The translations under genes were made by a program, and so were the position numbers. A stretch of 61,564 nt of DNA, the filler included, from Piptocephalis cylindrospora (lineage: Eukaryota): NCBI GenBank assembly GCA_003614145.1. It is 9 parts of 9 records of this genome, joined end to end, with 100 filler letters (N's around TTAATTAATTAA, not from the genome) between each part and the next. Parts side by side here need not be neighbours in the genome. Positions count along the whole stretch, not along the records: positions 1 to 6,786 come from KZ988254.1; positions 6,887 to 13,665 come from KZ988255.1; 7 more parts are not named here. One strand, given 5' to 3'. The notes beneath the pieces were generated by a model, which saw only the letters and a list, made by a program, of their open reading frames with translations, made no database searches and was not told where the DNA came from. How positions within the stretch are numbered: position 1 is the first letter of the stretch; each line of letters starts with the position of its first letter. This document shows positions 1-12,001 of the stretch, piece by piece.

Positions 1-171
1 GGGCAAAAAAGAGCATGGGGTTGCGAAGAGCACACTTTAAATTACATCCTCAGGAGGAAAACACCTTGCTCGTTGGGAACAGTGTGGATGTTCTATTCTA
101 TCACCTCCACCCTCCTCCCTTTTCTGGCTCGCTTAGTCCTTGCCGTCCCGGAAAGACCCTTGCGTCCAGAT

Positions 172-1542
172 ATGCTGTCCATAGCTAGAGTCCTCCCCAA
201 TTTATGGCGATCTTTCATGCCCAGGCCACTCTCCACCATGACTGGATCCACCGCCTCCGTTCTCCCCATGCTCAAGGCCCGCCTAGACCTATTGGGGACA
301 GAGACCGAGATTCAGGGATTGAACCGGAGACAGCTGCTGCTTCAGACTGCCCCTACACTCTCCTCTTATGACCTTTCCCAGTTACTCCGAAAAGACGCAG
401 ACCCTCTCGACCTGACCGCCGAGGATGTCGGCTCCCTGATCCTTGGTCTATGCCCTGCCCGATCCGTCGAAGCCTTTCGTCTTCTGCAGCCCTATCAGAC
501 CTTCCCAGGACGCCGATCCCGTACACCCTATCATGCCTTGGTGTATGGTCTTGCCAGAACAGGGGAGCTCACCAAGGCTGAGCGCGTCCTCCAAGCCCTT
601 AGTGCGGACCCATACATCACTAAGACTGCGGGGGCTCCCTATGCTGTCTATCTAAAGGAGTTATCACAGATTAAAGGCCCTGAATTTGCCCTGAAATGGT
701 GGATGAGCTGGTGTGCGGCCCACTTAAAGGACAAGTCCACCAATGGAATGATCATTCGCAATACCGTTTTATCCCTTCTTCTCAAGGTGCCCGGGAACCT
801 TGGTAAGAGCGAATGGATACGACATCAGCTTTCAGACTCTGCGAAAAACAGGAATACCTTTGGGATGAACCTGGTTCTAAGGACCGTTGTGAAAGCAAAG
901 AAGGAGTGGGAGGACCGGATTCATGCCGTCCTCGCTTCCAACTCTCATTTGAACTGGGATGCCACTACATATACCATACTGATCGATACGGCCTCTCGCC
1001 ATAAAAGATGGGATTTGGCAGAGGCATGGTACGACAAAGCCTTAGAGGAGGATGGTCTTTGCCCGGACACGGCCCTCTTGACGGTCATAGTAGGGTACCT
1101 TCTCAGCCGTAGGCTGGATAAGAAGGCCACAGAGGCCCAGATAGAGCTGATGCGTATGGCCCAGGTTCCCATCGTCGATGCTGGGGTATGTCGCCTGTGG
1201 ATACGGCATTATGGTGCCAGGAGGCAGCTGTCCGAAGCCAAGCGTATATGGAAAATGGCATGTGAAGCCGGGGTGGTAGATACGAAGCACCAAATGTACG
1301 ATGCCATGCTAAAAGCATTCATTGTCTCGGATAAATATGCATCCTGGCCCTCGTGGTTGAAGGAGCAGCAGGGAGTGCTTGGGGCACAGAGCGCCCTGTC
1401 CCCCTCTTCTTCCCTCTCTCGATCCCTCCTCAGCCTTCCTGAACGCGTTCGTCGAGGCGTGATTCGGCGTCAAGCATCACCAGCTGCTTCTACCCGCTTC
1501 CTTCCTTCTCCATATGCCGTCACATCCACGACCTTTCCCTGA
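172..1542 (+). CDS. Pentatricopeptide-repeat (PPR) protein, probably mitochondrial
   Basis: PPR-like motifs (TPYHALVYGLARTGELTKAERVL; TTYTILIDTASRHKRWDLAEAWYDKALEEDGLCPD; YDAMLKAF). ATG172 gives an R/S/L-rich presequence-like N-terminus (MLSIARVLPNLWRSFMPRPLST). Start codon uncertain. Confidence 0.75.
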   Translation: MLSIARVLPNLWRSFMPRPLSTMTGSTASVLPMLKARLDLLGTETEIQGLNRRQLLLQTAPTLSSYDLSQLLRKDADPLDLTAEDVGSLILGLCPARSVEAFRLLQPYQTFPGRRSRTPYHALVYGLARTGELTKAERVLQALSADPYITKTAGAPYAVYLKELSQIKGPEFALKWWMSWCAAHLKDKSTNGMIIRNTVLSLLLKVPGNLGKSEWIRHQLSDSAKNRNTFGMNLVLRTVVKAKKEWEDRIHAVLASNSHLNWDATTYTILIDTASRHKRWDLAEAWYDKALEEDGLCPDTALLTVIVGYLLSRRLDKKATEAQIELMRMAQVPIVDAGVCRLWIRHYGARRQLSEAKRIWKMACEAGVVDTKHQMYDAMLKAFIVSDKYASWPSWLKEQQGVLGAQSALSPSSSLSRSLLSLPERVRRGVIRRQASPAASTRFLPSPYAVTSTTFP

Positions 1543-3099
1543 ACATTTTTCCCCCATATTTTATCATTAGACTATTGACTTGACTGTATCAACGTAGGGT
1601 GTCCATTCCGCATATCGTGTATCTAATCTTTTGAATGGTCAGGACTGGTCTCTCCAGATGAGTCTAAGGTCGATCGATACTGCTGGACTAGATGGCAACG
1701 GAAGGATGGGGTTGGGCATGGGGCCTTCGCAAAGCAATGTCCAGACATATGGTTTTTAGTCCAGCAAACTACTGTGCACTCGTCTGGCTCTCTTATTATC
1801 CATTAGTCTCCCTGCAACGCCGAGAATTTTCTCTTTCTCCTTCTGTTTAGGATCCCGGGATACAGCAGTATATCCAGAGTATCTGATTATCTCATCTTGT
1901 GGATGCAAATATCTGAGCTCTGAACACGATACTTTCGCTATTTAACTAGGATGAAAAGCGATAGTATGGTTAGTACCTATCGCCCTAGAATAAGGAAGGC
2001 AACGTTGGGAAGGATAAAGGCCAGCGAATACAAGAATGGTTGATTTTATCTGATCTGTATCAGGCTCATGTTTCCCTCTATGGCCATCTAATAGAGAAGT
2101 CCTTTTAGAAAAAGGTGTAAAGGAAATAGACACACGGTTTATCTACCTATTTTGAGCGTCTTCTATAACGTATACCGTTCTGGTGAATGCAGGAGCAAAC
2201 CAATCATTACCCATCCTATCTAGATGGAAAGTAAGGTGAGGTATTACCGGGGAAAGTGCCCCTCTTCAATGTGATTCCCAAAGCGAGAAACGGACTCTAC
2301 AACCCCATCGTCCCTTCATGTCCAGGCTAGACACTGGAGTATCTTTCGTCCATGCCATCATGTACCTTTCTGCACATTTATCCTTTGGCGCTGTGCAAGT
2401 TTATCTACTAATTCACATGCTGTCTCTTTCGCCCTGTTCTCCCTTCATCCTCTGAACAAGCATCTCGCACTTTGTAAGAGATCGTAAGGCTGCACCAATC
2501 ATCTCATACGTTTCCCTAGCCACCTAGCCATCCTCTCCAAGAATACTACGCTCCTCATGCACATGTGAGCCGCTTTCCATTCATCTCTCAAGTATGGGGG
2601 TCAGAGTTATGGACATAATCACCCACCAGTTTCCCAGCCGTGAACGCCAAGGACCTCATTGATCAGGAAGCCTGGGGCTTGTGAGACTATCGCAAACTTT
2701 GACACAATGGCCCAGTAACTGAAACTCCGTATAGAGAACGAGCATCCTATTCTGGAGATCCAATTCCCTGCTCATTCCTGTGGGAGTGTAGTCCCATCAA
2801 ACGAGGCATAGCGGAGTTGGCATTTTCATCCTGTCCTAAGGCCATCCAGGATGGAAGAGGTCATTTAGATACAAGATGGGAAGAAAAGTGCCACAGTCGA
2901 ATCCTTCCAATGCATCTCCTTGCTTGATGGAAGTGGCGGAGTTTTAAACATTGAGCGGACTTCAAACATAAAGAAGTCCGCTGCGGAGATTTATAGGGTC
3001 TGGAGTACCTTGAATACGGAGGGTAATTCTATCACCTCTCTCCAGAACGGTTCCAGCCCTACATAAAGGGTCACGGTGGGTGCTCACGATCCCCATCCA

Positions 3100-3420
3100 C
3101 TCTTAGATTCCTTCTCCTACATTTTCTCCTTCCCACCTCCCCTCTCCTCTCTCCTTTCCTCTTTCCCTTTCTGCTTTTTCCGCAAAGACCTTTCAACAGT
3201 CTCTCCTTTGCCTGGTGCATTCCTCCCTCCTCTCACAAAGATCCCTTCACGGGCACTCCCCACCTTTCCCTCTTCCGCTTCCGCTTCCTCTCCCCCTCCC
3301 TCTTCCGCCTCTCCCCTCCTTTCATCTTTCCCTCCCCATCTCCCCCCTTCCTTTCCCTTTCCTCTCCATCTCCCCTTCCGCTGCCTAGCACAGTCCATCC
3401 CTTTTCTCTCATCAAACTCT
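3100..3420 (+). promoter_or_regulatory. Pyrimidine (CT)-rich promoter/5'UTR tract upstream of the micro-exon gene
   Basis: About 320 nt of strongly C/T-rich sequence directly before ATG3454. CT-rich tracts are common in fungal core promoters and 5'UTRs. Confidence 0.4.
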
Positions 3421-3453
3421 CTTAAAGGACGTCCATCCCCTTCTCGATTGACC

Positions 3454-6400
3454 ATGAAGCTCGCCCGCTGCCTCTTATCAATCCTCCTCTTTTCCTTATG
3501 CATAGATTATATCTCTGCGACACCGCCGAGTGTTCATTCGGGTAAGTGGCCATATGATAAGCGAATTTTACACATGCTTCTGCTCCTCACGATCTGCTTA
3601 CATTATCCTCTTACCCTATTTGACACGTAGTTCCGGGTGGCGGAAAAGGCTTTCATCCAGTTCAAACAGTTAAGAGTGAGTTAGAAAGGATAGGGGGAGG
3701 GGTGGGGAGGTTGGTGTCCATACACATAGTCGGATACACATGAGACTTCGTTTCCTCCATTTACCTTATCATTGTGATGGTAAGGATCATCCACTCACTC
3801 CCATACCACCCTACCCCATAAAACATTCCAAAGCTGGTTGGAATAGAGTGTTTGTAAGTTGTACATTTTGTATCTTTTCTAGTGGTTGTCTGCTTCTTAA
3901 AACTTATCACCATTTTGCCTTGCTCCTTCCCCTCCTATCAGAACAAGCCCGTAAGGACCCCGGATTCTTCAGGTAGGTTCCATGTAATATTTCCTTTCCT
4001 CTAGCTCCTTCTTTACTCGAGCTTACATTTCTTTTACCATCTTTAATCTGCCGTAAAAGTTCCAGTTAATAGCCGAGCAAGTAGTGTTTCAGGTCATTCT
4101 GGTACAATTACAGCACCGGTGGCGCCAAAGGTTCGTTAGCAAGTCGTCTTCTCTTTGTGACATGTCTTTTTATTCCTTGTTATTGAATGTGTGAGGAGAG
4201 GGTAAATAATTATTCATCATGCACTTATCATGACTCATCATCGCCTCCTGAATGAACAGGTATATCTTCTTTGGGCCTATTTCCTCCCTTCTTCTGTGCT
4301 AATCTTGAGGCCCTTTCCCTTTATTTTTTTTACTGACGCACTCCCTTCCTTTCCCCATCATCGAAAAATAGCCCAAGAATCAACGTTTTACTTTCTTCAA
4401 TGTAAGTTTGACTAAGAATTCCTGTACTTTATTCATTGGGGATGACAAACACGTGCTTTCTCCATATCTCTTGCCTTTCTACTGACACATTTACATTTAC
4501 TCTTTCTCATCTTTGTACCAACAGAAGAATAAGAAAGCCCCTGTAGGTTTGACTAGGCGTTTCCGTATTCTGTCTCTTAGGGATTCTAAGCACGCGTTCT
4601 CCATATTCCTTTACCTTTCTACTAACAACACATTTCCGCTCCTCTTCCTTCTTGGATCACCGAATGGCTGGACAGCTCAAGACGGAAGCAGAGGTAAGTT
4701 TGTCTAATTGCTTCCATATTTTATTTCCTGGGGATATGAATTGTATTGGTGCTTTACCTTTCTACTAAACCCGCTCTCGTCACCCCTTCCTTCACTATTG
4801 AATCAATAGCAATTCAAAGATGATTTTAACGCTCGTTCTGACCAGGTAGGTTAGGCTCGTCATTTCTATGTTCTATCCCTCGAGGATTGTGGGCATATAC
4901 TACCTCTTTGCTTTTCTACTGACACTCTCCATCTTTCCTTTTTGGGCCATTAAAATGATAAGGGTTCCGAGACAGCCTCATTGGTGAGTTTGGTAGATCG
5001 TTTTCGTATCCTACCCCTCGGGAAATATGGAGATGCGCTATTTCCTCATCTTCTTGATTTTTCATTGACACACTCTCCTTCCTCTTCCCTCATTTTTCGC
5101 TCAACAGAATAGTAAACACTCCGGATCTTCGCAAGAGGCGGTAAGCTTGGCTAGCCATTTCCATACTTTCTCTCCGACATTTTATTAACATGTTACCATC
5201 CCTCTTTCCTTTTCATTGGACCAATGATGAATGGATACCCAATTTACGATCATAGGTATGTTTGGCTATTTACCTTCATAATACATTTATCAGGGGACAT
5301 GATTGTATACCAGTTTCTATCCTTTTACTGATACTTTCCCGTCATTCCCTTTATTATCATTGACCTAATAGAACCTCCGACAGCAGTTTAATGAAAAGGC
5401 TCAACAGGTAGGTGTGATTAGCCCTTCACATATTCTATCTTCTGGGAAATATGGACATGCATTATCTCTTTACTTTTCTACTGACAAATTCTCGCGCCAC
5501 CTTCTCATTGTTGGGCTAATGGAAGCAGAACAACCCTGCTTCCCGGGGAACAAAGGTAAGATTTTCCGGGCTTTTACATTTCATTGCTTCTGGGGGTTAG
5601 GATAGTGAACAGTGTTCTACCTTTAATGCTGCAAGAATAACTGTTCTCTCTATCCTTTTTGTATTGATTACTTTACTGACGCCTCTGGATCCTCTTCCTT
5701 CATCCTTGGATTAATAGAGGGGAAGAGAAGATGATACTGAATCAGTGGCAACGGTAGGTTCCTATGCTTTCCAGAAAATTTATTTCGGGGATTATGGAGA
5801 TATGTGATGAATTACCTGCGGCTTTAGGACGTTGTTAACGTGCAATCCCCTAATTTATTTTGACCTTGCTTTATTTTCTAACGGATTCTTACCTCATCTT
5901 TAAACTGGTAGGAACAAGCTGATACCACCAACCTCGGACCCAATGTGAGACAATTTGACCTTTTATCTATCCTTTTCTCATTTTGCTGACTCTCTCGGGA
6001 CTTTCTCCATTATTGGACCACTAGAAAAAATCAAAGACCGCTGTAAGTTTCTGTGCCCTTTTCCATTCGGATTACCTTAAAAGCTATGGGGATGAGTGAT
6101 GGTCCACCTATGAGCACGCAGAGTGCTTCTGGTTTATTTTAGTTTCCTTTTAATCGTTTCTTTTACTCACTTCATTATCACCCCATCCCGCGCGATAACG
6201 CTATTCAATACTTTTACGCGTCTGGATGAATGCATTACATGCGATATAAAGAATCTTGCACGCCAACAACAAATGGATAGTGGGCGGCATAGGCAAGAGC
6301 AAGGTGTAAGTGCAAAGTGGGCTATCTTTGGGTGGTAAATGGGCTGTGACTTGCCTTGAGGAAACGTTTATATGAAGAAGTATCCCAGTTTTTCGAAGTT

Positions 6401-6755
6401 ATATGCAATTATCTAATCACTACCCTCTTTCATCCCCCTATTTCTTTATCTCTTTACGTCATTCAAGCGCGATGTAAGTATAGTTTTGATGTCATGCAAT
6501 TTCCCCTTAAGATTGCTTGAGCATTCTCATAACTTGGGATTAAACTAACCTATATTATTCTCATTTTCTTTCTCCTCCTTTCATCATCCCGCCATGCAGT
6601 TGATACGCAAGGTAATTATAATTATAATCTTGATATTGTTCTGAAATCCCCTTTCACAACGTTACTTGAGCGCACTTGACGTGGGATTGGGCCAATCTAT
6701 TCTCCTCTCACGCCTTTCCCTTCACGGTATCGAACACTCTTAGGCGCAAGCTATG
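3454..6755 (+). CDS. Secreted micro-exon gene (3' partial, runs off the contig)
   Basis: Exon 1, 3454-3541, encodes a signal peptide (MKLARCLLSILLFSLCIDYISA-TPP). Tentative exons 3631-3675, 3834-3853, 3942-3972 and 4060-4130 bring the total to 255 nt (phase 0). Phase-0 micro-exons follow at 4372-4401, 4525-4542, 4676-4693, 4810-4845, 4963-4983, 5108-5140, 5372-5407, 5529-5555, 5718-5753, 5912-5944, 6025-6042, 6252-6305, 6468-6473, 6600-6611 and 6744-6755, each flanked by AG and GTRAG/GTAGG/GTAAT. Confidence 0.8.
4260..6043 (+). repeat. Degenerate tandem array of intron+micro-exon units (about 100-200 bp period)
   Basis: Introns share the pattern GTA(A/G)GTTTG..TA...TTCC.TA.T.T.T...GGGA.ATG...TTTTCTACTGACAC...CTCTTCCTT...TTGGA.CAATAG. 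Confidence 0.75.
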
Positions 6756-6786
6756 GTAAGCACTTATCGCGCAGGAGTAGGGTATT

Positions 6787-6886
6787 NNNNNNNNNNNNNN
6801 NNNNNNNNNNNNNNNNNNNNNNNNNNNNNNTTAATTAATTAANNNNNNNNNNNNNNNNNNNNNNNNNNNNNNNNNNNNNNNNNNNN
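6787..6886. other. Artificial contig linker
   Basis: N44-TTAATTAATTAA-N44 (stop codons in all six frames). Confidence 0.98.
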
Positions 6887-7425
6887 CCTCCCTCGTGAAC
6901 CCTCCCCTGATTAAGATACCCTTTGATAAGAATTGATTCCAGTTAAGAACACGTCCCCAAGTCTCATTTTGCCGATCCAAGATTCCTCAAGATAAAGAAA
7001 GCCAAGCCCTGATTAAGATTTCCAAGACTAGATTTCAAGCCCTTCTAATTCCATCGTGAGATTCAGATCTCAATTTCCAACATAACAGTAGAAATATCAG
7101 CACGCTTTTGTGAGGCTGTGTATTATTAGGGAAAATTACAACCTTCCCTTTTTCCTAAAAGTTTTCACAAATTCGTTTGAAAAAAGGTTCAAGAAACTTT
7201 TCTCATAACATCGTTGCTTCCATGGACTTCCGATCCCTCCTATTTTCTCCATTTTCCTCCATTTATCCTCCCATTTCGCCATCGTTCCTCTTTCAATATA
7301 GCGGATGGACAGTATGTATCATAGTTGCTGAATGAGGATGATTTAAGTAAGAAAAGTGTACAAAAAAGACCGCAGTTTATTTTGTCTATTGCTTCTAAAC
7401 CATGATCTTGTAAAGCATGCGGAAC

Positions 7426-9513
<2,088 letters not shown>

Positions 9514-9988
9514 GCCAGTCTAGGCGAGTAGTTTAAGGCTCCAGTGAGGGAGATAAAGCTAATGAATGACACCTTTGGAAGACAACAAAGGGCAAGAGAA
9601 GGTAAGAAGAAAGCAGGCTGATCAATGAGTCGATGGTCAGTGGCGTTGCTCCTTTATATAAAGCCCAAGAATTGGGTTGGCTTATCACACACGCACTATC
9701 CCCAAGAAGCGTCTGACTAGAGGACGTGAGACAATGATGGGCGATTAGGTCAGTGAGACTGTTAAAGTTTGCAGACACATTTGATGTACGTCTATGTATA
9801 AACCCGCGAGGATAGTCGATTATGTCAGCCAAAAATCATATTGAAAATGATTTCTATTGGACAGCCTGGTTTGTCCATATGTAGGGGATAACTCTGCAGA
9901 ATTAGCTATAGTTAACTCGCCAACACTCGCCCCTCTCCCGACCTCGCATTTACTTTTAAAGATGGTTTCCATATACTTTGTTTCCCCA

Positions 9989-10056
9989 AGCAGACACTGT
10001 GTTCGGATGCCCATCTGCCTACCCCACTGGGGAAAATAAAATGGTTCTATCATCAT
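9989..10056 (+). mobile_element. 5'-truncated copy of a short (ATC)n-tailed retroposon with a 19-bp target-site duplication
   Basis: CATATACTTTGTTTCCCCA occurs at both 9970-9988 and 10057-10075. The insert ends CCCCACTGGGGAAAATAAAATGGTTCTATCATCAT. Near-identical sequence lies at 20787-20856 (-). Confidence 0.8.
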
Positions 10057-12001
10057 CATATACTTTGTTTCCCCACAACATAATGCTTTCTCAAAACCAG
10101 ATTATATTTTTAACATGTATCCAAGCCTCATTTGTGAACCGAAAGGGGTGGATAGCTGAGTGGTTGAGCAGCTACTATTCTACCCAACATCATGGATTAT
10201 TCAATCCTCGGGGACCTCCACATCTCAGCCATTTTCTCTCTTTCTGACCTCCTAGCTTTGATTCTCAAGTCTTGGCTTCAAAAATCCATTCATTTTATCA
10301 ACTCGCTTATTAGAGTTAGCGTTACTGTCTGCAAGGATTCTCTTTCATTATGGGTGTGTGTTGCAAAAAGCTATGCAATACGCTATCCTCTGCTCTCTCC
10401 TAATGATGTCCGCACATCGGAAGAGTGATATTTTCCGGATGAGATAAAGGTGCGTGTATGGCGTGTATGTGATGTGTGCGTATATGCATCTCTATGCGCG
10501 CTTTCAAGGAAGCATCGGATGGCTGAAGCGCACTAGCAACTTAGAGGACGTGTACGGGAGTAAGACTGGGCCTGAAGTAGTCTGACCATGGGATGCATGC
10601 TTGAGAGAAGCTTACTCTAGAGGCGCGACGACCTGGAATTGACCTGAGAAAAGAAACGCTCCCACTCCTAGATTCGCCCTTCCGTTTCTCTCCTCTTTTT
10701 TCACCTTTGGTTCTCCCTTGGTTCACATTTCTGTTTGTTCCTTGATATACTTTTTAGATTGCCATAATTCTTATTTTCGATATCTTGCCGCAGGCGACTG
10801 AATAGACTCCTAATAAAGTATGCTCTGGTTCTTGGAGACAGAACTATCACTATATTTTACCTCAAATAAGATACGCTACAGTGACAGAGATCAGCCATCG
10901 TGAGATGACCAAGACTTATCACTATCCTCGCAGATATCTACATTCCCTGCCGACATGTTATCAGTAAGGGTCGATTTGTATCTCTAGAAAGGCCTCATAG
11001 CCACAACATAGCCAATATATCAGGCATGTCTTCCATAACCATCTTGAAGCGATCCTCGGTCAAAGCGACCAGTAAGCACCGCGCCTTTGTGCTACGGGAG
11101 CTGTAGCTCTTTTTTCGCATGTACAGACCCAGTGTGCATTTACCTCGGTCTGATCCATCCTGCCATGATCAACTAACAGGAGGATAGCCTTCCTCTCCCT
11201 CTCTACTGGAGGAGGATCCTTCATTTACTCTCTAAACCACCCTTCATTAGAGGTGTGGAAGATACAGATGTGTTGCACACATGTGGGAGCAGATCAGCTC
11301 CCAGAATTAGATCTATAGATCCAGAGTCATTGTCCTCAGATAAAGACCCTCCCCGACATAATTTAGTGGTCCTCTGCTGGCCTCGGATATGGGGGGCACG
11401 CACTTTCATTTAAGGTACCAGAGCGGAGAGAGAACAAGGAGACCTTGTCAGATCCCCCACCCCTCATAGCCAGCTCATAAAAGCGGGCCCTTCCCCAAAC
11501 GGCGGCGTAGATGAGGAAGAGGAGGATCCAGGTCCAGGTTCAGGTCCAATGAGGTCTACTTCGCCATAGGACAGGGGTGGGCTGTGGAGGAGCCTGTGTA
11601 ACATGATAACAATACCAACCTTCTCCACCATTATATCACCGCCATATCCATCGGTACAAGCAGTCCTCTCACACGGTGTGTGTGTGGAGCGGGAAGTGAA
11701 CGAGAATGTAGAGCCTCATCGCTATGTTGTATCCACACCCTAAGTCACTCAAGGAGAACCAGGTGAGACGAGGGAATGACGGGGGTCAGGTGGGAAAGAA
11801 TGGTATAAGTATTAGGTGGCCTTTCTCTCTCTCACTCTCCGCGCCCCCCGCTCTCCATCTCCATTTCTCTCTCCCCTCACCACTCGCTCCATCTGCCCAT
11901 CCCCGAGGCCATTACCTTCCTTTGCCTTTTTGAGGAGCATACTAAAGAAAACGTACCTACCCTCCTCTTCCGTACGCCCTACCCTCCCACAAAGAAACCT
12001 G

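Noticed and set aside
3076..3630. 184-aa Pro/Ser ORF and antisense Gly/Arg/Glu ORFs
   Set aside because: By-products of the CT-rich tract; only 3454-3541 appears coding.
4260..6043. Repeat-spacer pattern as a CRISPR array
   Set aside because: The repeats are long, degenerate spliceosomal introns (GT..branch..AG), the context is eukaryotic and there are no cas genes.
10100..11750. Possible gene remnant between SelO and RMD5
   Set aside because: Only short interrupted frames with no recognisable motifs.
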